Origin: an uncultured Anaerolineales bacterium
GTDB taxonomy: Bacteria; Chloroflexota; Anaerolineae; Anaerolineales; UBA11858
Direction: 5' to 3'
Length of the DNA: 64,000 bases
Assembly: GCA_964618295.1 (NCBI GenBank)
Contig: CAZTWV010000012.1
Location: forward strand, 929-64,928
Under the pieces are notes generated by a model. It was not told where the DNA came from. It made no database searches and was given only the letters and a program-made list of their open reading frames with translations. Positions 54,033 to 63,200 of this stretch are shown piece by piece; the stretch's first letter is position 1; every line of letters starts with the position of its first letter. The position numbers and the translations under genes were made by a program.

Positions 54033-56405
54033 GTGATCAAACGATCTCTTTTAATCTCTTGGATGATCCTGCTCCTTCTGGGAGGGTTTCTCTGGTGGGG
54101 ATTTGCCCCGGTTCAAATCGGGGGACCGGTGGGGTATGTGATTGTCAATGGCAGCAGCATGGAGCCCGGGTTTTCAAAAGGGGATCTGGTGCTGACCCGG
54201 AGTGAGATCCAACCTCAACCTGGGACGGCTGTTGTCTATCAGCAGCCGCAGATAGGTATGATTTTCCATCGGGTGATTGATATTCAAAATGGATCCTATC
54301 TCCTTCAAGGTGACAATAATGACTGGGTGGATTCTTATCAGCCTGCTGAAGACGAGATCATCGGCGGCTATTGGCTCCGGATTCCATCTGGCGGTACAAT
54401 CATTACAAGGTTACGAGAGCCGCTAAACTTTTCATTGCTCAGCCTGGGGATTGTTGGCGTAATAATTTCACTTTTCTATTTTCAAAAACAAGATATGGCA
54501 AAAAAACGTAAGAACCGGGTTAAAAATCCAGCACATGCCTCAGAGAAGAAATCAGACACGAGAGCAGGAGAATTCCGTCAGGATCTGCTCCTTATGCTGG
54601 GTGTTCTGGCGCTGGCTGCTGTTATTTTGGGATTATTTGCGTTCCTACAGCCCCTGGAGCAGGAAGTTTCGGAAGAATTTCAATATCAGCATCAGAGTGA
54701 ATTGAATTACAGTGCTCAAGATTTGAGCGGAATTTATGATTCCTCACAGGTGATGACCGGGCAGCCGGTTTACCTGGATTTGACCTGCCGGGTTGATCTG
54801 AATATTGATTACCGCTTGACCGCCCCCGCTATGACCCCCGGCAATCAGGCTTTGTTTACAGGGTCTTACCGGATCAGTGCTCTGCTGGAGGATGTGGACG
54901 GCTGGCAGCGTACCATCCCTCTGGAAGATTTCAGAAGTTTTTCAGGGACATCTTTTTCTGAAGCGGCGGAGCTGGATGTGTGCGAAATCAGGGATTTGAT
55001 CCTCGAAAAAGAACAAAAAACCGGCACCAGCAACCGCTGGTACACGCTTTTTATCAGACCGGAGATCAATTACCAGGGACAGATCAGCGAGCTGCCGCTT
55101 GAAGGTGTGTTTCGACCGGAATTTCAATTTCAAATTGATACCTCATTGATGCGCCTGCCTGGCGAGGAAGAGCAGCTGACGATCATTGAAGAAGGAGCGC
55201 TGGAAAAAACCCGGATTTTGCCCAACACACTCTCAATATTTGGTTTGAGCCTGGAAGTAAAGACAGCACGCTGGACAGCTCTCTCAGTATTAATTATTTG
55301 TCTCGCAGGAGGGATCTGGCCCCTGGTGAGTCTTTACAGGGATTGGAAAAGTTCCGATGCTTCCTGGATCCAGGTTCAGTATCATCCTATGCTGGTTGAC
55401 GTCGCCTTTGGGAGTCCAGCCCGAAATGCGGAGCAAATTGTCCAGGTAGCTTCTTTTCAGGATTTATCCAAGATGGCGGAGCGCTATGGTGCGATGATAT
55501 TGCATGAATCCCGGGGACATCTCCACCGGTATTCAATTCAAGATGAAGGTACAGTCTATCAGTACAGTCTGGACGGCATCCGGGACCACAGCCTGTTTTC
55601 TGATTTGAACGATTTCAAAATAGCCTTAAACACCGCTCTGGAAGAGGATCAATTTGAACTGTACTATCAACCAATTGTAGATTTAAGAAGTAAACAGGTG
55701 ACCGGAATCGAAGCTTTTGTTCGCTGGAATCACCCCCGCTTGGGTCTGCTTTACCCTGCCGAGTTTATTCAGCTCGCAGAAGAAAACGGATTAATCCCGG
55801 TAATAGACCGCTGGGTGATCGAAAGCGGCTGCCGGCAGCTCAATGAATGGGGAGAATTTGGTCTGCCTCTGGTACCCTTATCTATCAATATTTCCCCAAA
55901 CACCATTTTGGATGATAACTTTTCGAATCATATCGAAAACGCTGTGGTTCAAAGCAGCTGTAATCCCGATTTTCTGCAGCTGGAAATCAACCGCTCGAAT
56001 CAGGTTTTCAGGGATAAAACGATCCAGCAGAGACTGCTCGATCTAAGAAGATTAGGGGTGCGGTTGGCTCTTGATAATTTTGCGACAGATGCGGCCAATC
56101 AAATTGACCAGGTTTCCAGGATGCCTATTCAGAGTTTAAAGATAGACCGGAGCATCATGCAGGGGATAACAGGAGATCAATCAAATTTACGTTTGATCAA
56201 CGCGGTTGTGAAAATGGCCCGCAGTTTGCAGATTGAGGTAATTGCTCAGGGTGTGGAGAATAATGAACAGATTGCCCTCCTGGAAAAACAGGAAATCTCC
56301 CTGGCCCAGGGTTATTTCCTGGGAGATCCAGTCCCGGCCCGGGAGATGGGCTGGAAACTGGGAAAAACCCTTCCCCAGGGTTCTGGTAAAGAGCTGGAAG
56401 AATAA
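54033..56405 (+). CDS. Fusion protein: archaeal/ER-type (SipW-like, S26B) signal peptidase + multi-pass membrane module + EAL domain
   Basis: Residues 1-125 carry a TM anchor plus GSSMEPGFSKGDLV (Ser42), IFHRV (His79) and QGDNNDWVDS (Asp94). TM helices lie at about 135-150, 185-205 and 415-435, with a KKRKNRVK loop between the first two. Residues 535-775 form the EAL domain (ELYYQPIVDL...GIEAFVRWNHP...SINISP...LKIDRS...QGYFLG). Confidence 0.8.
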   Translation: MIKRSLLISWMILLLLGGFLWWGFAPVQIGGPVGYVIVNGSSMEPGFSKGDLVLTRSEIQPQPGTAVVYQQPQIGMIFHRVIDIQNGSYLLQGDNNDWVDSYQPAEDEIIGGYWLRIPSGGTIITRLREPLNFSLLSLGIVGVIISLFYFQKQDMAKKRKNRVKNPAHASEKKSDTRAGEFRQDLLLMLGVLALAAVILGLFAFLQPLEQEVSEEFQYQHQSELNYSAQDLSGIYDSSQVMTGQPVYLDLTCRVDLNIDYRLTAPAMTPGNQALFTGSYRISALLEDVDGWQRTIPLEDFRSFSGTSFSEAAELDVCEIRDLILEKEQKTGTSNRWYTLFIRPEINYQGQISELPLEGVFRPEFQFQIDTSLMRLPGEEEQLTIIEEGALEKTRILPNTLSIFGLSLEVKTARWTALSVLIICLAGGIWPLVSLYRDWKSSDASWIQVQYHPMLVDVAFGSPARNAEQIVQVASFQDLSKMAERYGAMILHESRGHLHRYSIQDEGTVYQYSLDGIRDHSLFSDLNDFKIALNTALEEDQFELYYQPIVDLRSKQVTGIEAFVRWNHPRLGLLYPAEFIQLAEENGLIPVIDRWVIESGCRQLNEWGEFGLPLVPLSINISPNTILDDNFSNHIENAVVQSSCNPDFLQLEINRSNQVFRDKTIQQRLLDLRRLGVRLALDNFATDAANQIDQVSRMPIQSLKIDRSIMQGITGDQSNLRLINAVVKMARSLQIEVIAQGVENNEQIALLEKQEISLAQGYFLGDPVPAREMGWKLGKTLPQGSGKELEE

Positions 56406-56408
56406 GAT

Positions 56409-56858
56409 ATGGTCAGGAGAAATCTCAGAAACATTTTGCTGGTTCTGCTGCTCGGAATCGGAATGGTAGCGCTGATCAGTGTTTTTTCAGCTGTAGCGGC
56501 CACCAACACAGTGTCAGAATCCCGGGCAGATCTGAACTCCGCAGCGATTGATGGAAACGATCTCAAACCGGATGCCTGCAGTGGAATCAATATTCAAAAT
56601 ATTGTAGACGTTGGAGCCGGTGAAACCGGGACTGATGCTAACGACCTGATCCTGGGAACTGCCGGGAATGACTTGGTCATCCGGGGCGGAGCCGGGGATG
56701 ACTGCATCCTGGGTGGAGGGGGAAATGAAGGCTTCATCATTTTCCTTGGAATCTTCGGGGAAGAAGGGGATGATGTCTTAATTGGCGGTCCCGGATTTGA
56801 TGTCTGCCAGGGCGGTGGAGGATCAAACACATTTGTGGAATGTGAGGTTACCAGATAA
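56409..56858 (+). CDS. Small secreted protein with RTX-like Gly/Asp repeats and a SipW-type-like signal peptide
   Basis: ALISVFSAVAATNTVSESRADLN resembles the signal region of the two small proteins. LILGTAGNDLVIRGGAGDDCILGGGGNE and GEEGDDVLIGGPGFD are haemolysin-type Ca-binding-like nonapeptides. Starts 3 nt after the upstream stop. Confidence 0.62.
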   Translation: MVRRNLRNILLVLLLGIGMVALISVFSAVAATNTVSESRADLNSAAIDGNDLKPDACSGINIQNIVDVGAGETGTDANDLILGTAGNDLVIRGGAGDDCILGGGGNEGFIIFLGIFGEEGDDVLIGGPGFDVCQGGGGSNTFVECEVTR

Positions 56859-57229
56859 TTAATCTCACTGGAGTTCCTGTGAATTTCTTAAGGAACCGGA
56901 AAAAAATAATTATTATAATAATAATTGAAACAAAACCAGTGGTTAAGGAAATTTTCAGCTGAATCGATTTTATTTCTCTCTTTAAATATATCCTTTCAAG
57001 GGTAGAAAGGATTGTTTTATCGATATGATGGATGTTGAATGAGTCTGATAAAGGTAAAATGAAAAGAAAAACTAGATTAACACGGAAGAGTAAGAAAAAA
57101 CAGGTCCAGACTCAAGAAAAACCTGGAATTTAAACACCGAAAGTGGTCTTGATATGCTTCGGAGTTGAATTCTGATAATTTTATTAAACTTTTTGCGGCG
57201 GGACAGTCCGAGAAAAATGGTGATAAAAA

Positions 57230-60200
57230 ATGAAAGTACAATTTTCTAGAATTCAACCTGGAAAAAAAATGCCCAAAATCCTGCCAAACCATCGTTTGGT
57301 ATTTGCTTTAGTAAGTTTCTTTTTAGCGCTAATTTTGGTCCCGGTTGTGATTGTTTTTGCTGCGACGGTACCGGCGGAGATGAACATTCAATTCACACCG
57401 ATTGCAATTGCATCGGGGGGGACCTCGACATTGAAAGTTTCAGTCTTCAACTTGAATGCTAATCCGCTTACTAATGCGACCTGGACGGACACTTTTCACC
57501 CTGATATAGCAATAGCAGATCCTCCCAACATCAACGTCCAGAACTGCGGCAGCTATTCTTTGACTGATGGTGCTGGAGGTTTAATCGAAGCGGGGGACAG
57601 TTCCATCAAGCTGACCGGTGCTACCGTGCCGGCCCAACTACCCAGCGGGGTTCCCGGGGAATGTTACGTAGAGGTGGATGTCACTTCAACGACGCCCGGC
57701 AATTTGATCAACTCTATACCTGAGAATCATCTAGTATCAGAAACCATTGATCCTGATGGTGGTGGATCCGTGCCGATTACCAATACCACCCCGGCCAGTG
57801 CCACGCTGAATGTGATCGGGGTTGAATCACCCTCGCTGAGCAAGGCCTTCGCGCCCAACACCGTTTTTGTCGGTCAGACCAGCACGCTGACAATTAACAT
57901 TTTTAACAATGATCAGGATTACCCCTTGACCGAAGTGACCATGTTTGATGAGCTGCCGACTGCTGGAAATGAAGATATTAAAGTGGCCAGCCCGCTGAGT
58001 GCCTCATTGAACGGCTGCGGCGAAGGATCCGGCGCAGAGTTGACTGATGAGAATGGGGATCCGCTGGCTCCCGATGACACCACCATTAAGTTGGTCAATG
58101 GCACCATCGCTCCGGATTCGAACTGCACGATCACGGTCGATGTGGTCTCAATGGTGCAGGGTGCTTATGTAAATGTAATACCCAAGGATGCCCCGCTGGA
58201 TGGTTCAATCCAAACCCGGCAGGGTGTTAGCAATGAGGATCCGGCTGATGATCAGCTCAACGTCCAGGCTTTTATCATTGACAAAGAATTTGCCGAGACG
58301 AAGATAGCTGCCGGTGAGCCCACCTTGGTGAGCATTGAGATCGTCAATAACGCCACCATTGATTATACCGGCGCTGCTTTGAACGATATCCTGCCTGAAG
58401 GGCTTGTTTTCGAACCGGGGAGCGCATCACTCAGCTGCACCGATGGATCTTCTACGGCAGCTTTCGCGTATTCAGATGATACAAATCCCAATGATACCCT
58501 GGAAATGACAGGCGGAGTCCTGCCCGCAGGGACAACCTGCACAATTACGGCCACGGCCGAAGCTTTAACTTCGGTCACGGTTGGTACCTACACCAATAAT
58601 ATCCCCATCGGAGCTCTAAGTACTGTTGAAGGGGCGACAAACCATAATTTGGCTTCAGCGGATATTGAGGTGGATACTCTAGGGATTACAAAAGATTTTG
58701 CTGAAGTTACCATTCCATCGGGCGGCACCAGCGAATTGACCATCACAATTTCTAACCCGTTTTCGAAGGACTATACGGATGCTGATGGTGGGGATCCGCT
58801 CCTGGAAGATGTTTTGCCTGCCGAGTTTGAATTCGATACCAGTGTAATACCTGGTTTACAGGGAACTGGTTGTACAGGAGACCTTTCGATTGGTGGAACT
58901 AATAATAATACTCTTTTCTTGGATGGCGGTACCTTGCCGGCGAATACAGTCTGTACAATCACGGCCACTGTCAAGGCGGAATCAACAGGCAATCCGGCTG
59001 ATCCAGGCGATTACGTAAATGAAATCGCCGCAGGAAAAATAAACACAGAAGAGGGGGCGACAAACGCCTCTAAGGCCAGCGATACCATTTCCGTTCAATC
59101 ACTTGGACTGACAAAAGACTTTGATCCCAATACAATTCCCGTCGGGGGAACCAGCACACTGACCATTGAGATCATTAACAATGGGACGGATACATTCACA
59201 GGGGCAGATCTTTCGGATGAGATAACCGATACCTCATTTTACTTTGAAGCTGGAACAGCCCAAACGACCTGTATCCCAAATGGTGTCGTAGATATTTCTG
59301 CGGACTCCCAGACTATTTCTTTGACCAATGGCACGATTCCTCCGGGCGGCTGCACCATCATTGTGGACGTGACCACGGATGATAATCAACTGCCCACCAG
59401 TTACGAAAACATTATTGAAGCGGGTGATCTCATCACAGATCAAGGTGATACAAATCCGGCGGATGCCAGTGACATCATCAGCGTGGAAACGGTCACGATC
59501 ACGAAAAGTTATGGAACCGGCACGATTTCCTATCCGGAAGTCAGCACTCTGACGATCACGATTTCGAATCCAGCCAACGGCCAGGCCTTGACTAATATGA
59601 GCCTGACCGACACCTTGCCGGATGACCTGGTCATTGCAACTCCTGCAAACGCAAGCACAACCTGTAATGATTCAACACCGCCTACACCTACCTTGACAGC
59701 CGAAGAAGGGACTAGGGTAATCGAGTTATCCGATGGTTCTTTAGCGGCAGGCAGTGGGTCCTGCTCGATTCAGGTGGATGTTACCGCTTTATCGGAAACC
59801 GTTTCGGGTGATTACCCTAATACGATTGGCCAGGGGGATTTAACCTCAGGTCCTGCCGGTAATGGCCCGACAAATGGCAATACGAATACTGCCACCCTGG
59901 AAGTTGAAGCCCTTGAAGTCAGCAAAGATTTTCTGTATGAGAGCTTTCAGGCGGGGGACACCAGCAGCACCAATCCGCTGACGATCACCCTGACCAATCC
60001 CACCTCTTTGGATTATACAAACGTAAATATAACAGACAGCTTGCCAACTTCACCGGATACAGATCTGGAATTTGTTTTGGGGACGGAAAATACGGACTGC
60101 GGTGGGACTGTTTCTCTAACTGGTTCTTCACCACCCCCATATCGAACGATTGGATTGGCGGGAGGGACTCTCCCTGCAAATGGCAGCTGCACTATCACCG

Positions 60201-63200
60201 TTGATGTGACCACGGATACAGACGCAACCGCCGGTTCTTATACTAATACGATCTACCCGGATGATATAACCACCACGGTGGACGGCGTGGATGGACCTAC
60301 CATTCCGGAAGATGTAACCGCTGATGTTGAGACCTATCCATTTCAACGGGGAGTGGAAGCCGCCAAGTCGTTTACGCCTTCAAGCATTGATTTTTTCGAT
60401 TATGACGGTGATACATCCACATTAGAATTGGAGTTCACCGCGCCTCCGGACACGGATTTGACCGATTTTTCCTTTACGGATGTCCTGCCGGACAATGGAG
60501 ACGGCAGTGTTTACCTGGCTAGTCCTATCAGCGCGAATCTGAGCGGCTGTGGAGCGAATGCTGAATTAACTGACGGAAGTGGGAATCCCCTGGGTCCGGA
60601 TGACACTACAATTCAAATGATTAACAGCACTATTCTTAAAGGAGAAACCTGCACCGTCTCCGTGGATGTCACCAGCAATACCGGGTCTACTCCTGGTGTT
60701 ATCTATACCAATACCGTTACACCTGATAATGTCAGTAATAACGAGGACCGCAATCCACCTGGCAATCTGACAGCCAACTTAACGGTCACGACCCCCAGCA
60801 CGCTGACCATGGCGAAGGACTTCGATCCCAACATCGTGGGCCCCGAGGGCCTTTCAAGATTGACCATCACCCTTGAGAACGCAAGTACAACCGAGCTTAT
60901 TAATGTGGATCTGGATGATTTCCTCCCTGGCGATACCTCGGATGGGGTTGTGATTGCGGCTAATCCCAACCCCACCACCACCTGCGATAGTGGTGTCATC
61001 ACTGCGGCTCCAGGTACACAAACCCTTCACATGGAGGACGGCACGATTCCGGCTTCGGATGGAACTGTAAACGGCATTTGTACTATTAATGTCAATGTTC
61101 AGGGTAAGACCACCGATGGCACCAATCCTGCCACCTATACCAATACCATTCCGGTTGCGAATGTTGTTGCGACACTTGCCGGAACGCCCTCGACGATGAA
61201 TCCCCAGGATCCGGCCAGCGATGACCTCACGGTCAAAGATCTTGACCTGGAAATTGTCAAAGGGTTTGATCCTGTACTGGTCTATGGTGGTGCCGACTCG
61301 GAGATGAGTATTACCCTCAGGAATCCGAATGCAGAAGCAGAGTTAATCGATATTACTTTTACTGATAATATGCCTGCTGCGGATATGGTTCTGGTCGATC
61401 CGCCCAATTTTGACCCTTCAGACTGCGGTCCGGATGCTGAATTGATCAGGATTGATCAGAGCACATTTGAATTCAGCGGCGGCTATCTGGCCGCAGGTGA
61501 AGAATGCACCATCACCCTCAATACGAACATGACGGTCAACGGCAACCGCACCAATACGATTCCTGCTGAGGCGGTTACGACCACGAATGGAGCCACCAAC
61601 AAAACACCTACTGATGCTACCCTGACCAATCTGGCCAGCGTCAGTGTCAGCAAGAGTTTCGAACCCAATCCCATCGCTGCCGGGCTGGGCAGTTATTCAA
61701 TTCTGACCATTGAAATTCGATCAACTGAGTCAGTTAGGATTACAAGATTGGGTTTGATTGATACCCTTCCTGCCGGGCTGCAGGTTGCAGACCACGTCAG
61801 CGGTCCCGCTCCCGCACCGACCAATGGCTGCGGTGGAAACCTTTCTGCCCCGGTGAGTGCGACAACCATCCAGCTTACTGACGGTGAACTTGACATTGGA
61901 TTTGAAAAGTGTTCATTAACCATTCCGGTAACCGGGGCTGAACCAGGTCAATATACCAATCAGATTCCCCAGGGCTCGATAACCAATGACGAAGGTATTA
62001 CCAACATTCAATCGACTGAAGATACCCTGACCCTGACTCCTTACAGCCTGGGCAATCGGGTTTGGTACGATACGGATAATGATGGCATTTTCGATCCAGC
62101 AGAGGTAGGTATCTCTGGAGTGCGTGTTGAGTTGTATCGAGACACAAACAGCAACGGGGTTTATGATCCGGGAGTGGACGAAGCTGTTGAGGATGGCTCT
62201 GGGAATGCTCGGTTTGAAGTCACAGACCCGGATGGCTACTACCGTTTCGATGATCTGGGCGCAGATGACTATCTGGTTCTGATTTCCGGGGATAATTTTG
62301 ATTCCGGGAATCCGCTGGAGGGGTATTACAGCAGCGGCACCACACTGGCGGATGATGGAACCATCAGCGACAGCATTGGGCCGGATCCGGATGATGATGC
62401 CGATAATGAAGATAACGGTACAACCACGGCGACATCCGGAGCAGTGGATTATGTCTCGGCCCAGGCTGTCACCCTGGGGCCAGACCAATCTGAGCCAACC
62501 GATGATGATGATCCAACCACGAACCCCGAAACTGGCGAAGCGGCCAATGACCAGAGCAACCGCACAGTGGACTTCGGCTTCTACACTATCACCCTGGGCA
62601 ACCTGGTTTGGAATGACGGGGATAACAGCGGAGCAGTCAATGGATCTGAAGCAGGGATAGACGGCGTTGACCTCGAGCTCTGGACCGCGGATCAGAATAC
62701 CCTGCTGGACACTGTGACCACCGGGGGGGGAGGCGGCTACAGCTTCACTGGATTGGCGGAAGGGAATTATATCGTCCGCATTCCTGCTTCAGAATTTCAA
62801 GGCACCGAACCTTTACGCGGATTTGCCTCCAGTACCGGGAACGGTGTCCCCGCTCCGGACGGAGATCTTAACACCACTGATTCAGACGATAACGGTTCTG
62901 AAGTGACCCCACCACGCCTTGGGTTAGGGGGATACATTCAATCTGCGGAAATAACCCTCACACCTGGAAATGAGGCCTCCTTTGACAACAGTACAGGAAC
63001 GACCAGCGAACCGCGGATTGATTTCGGCGTTTATCCATTCCCACAGCAGGAGAAGTCGTTTACTGGCAGCGATCAGGTTTTCACGGCTGGTCTGGATGTC
63101 GCTATCGGGGAGATTCTCACCTACCAGGTTACCTTTACAGTGCCGCCCGGCGCGATCACCGGAGTGACATTGACCGATACCATGGACCGGGGTCTGGTGT

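Noticed and set aside
57059-57133. 24-codon basic ORF (MKRKTRLTRKSKKKQVQTQEKPGI) in the AT-rich leader of the adhesin gene, with AAAGG upstream
   Set aside because: It could be a leader peptide. But it is short and of low complexity in A-rich DNA, where Lys codons arise by chance, and I can assess no conservation. It is not called as a gene.
56859-57229. Possible c-di-GMP riboswitch upstream of the adhesin (and at 53341-53554 upstream of small gene 2)
   Set aside because: I looked for GEMM-I/II hallmarks (paired hairpins with a GNRA tetraloop and receptor, GGCAAA...GACGCAAAGCC-like cores) and found none. Only short 5-7-bp stems are present. An Infernal/Rfam scan would be needed to exclude it fully.
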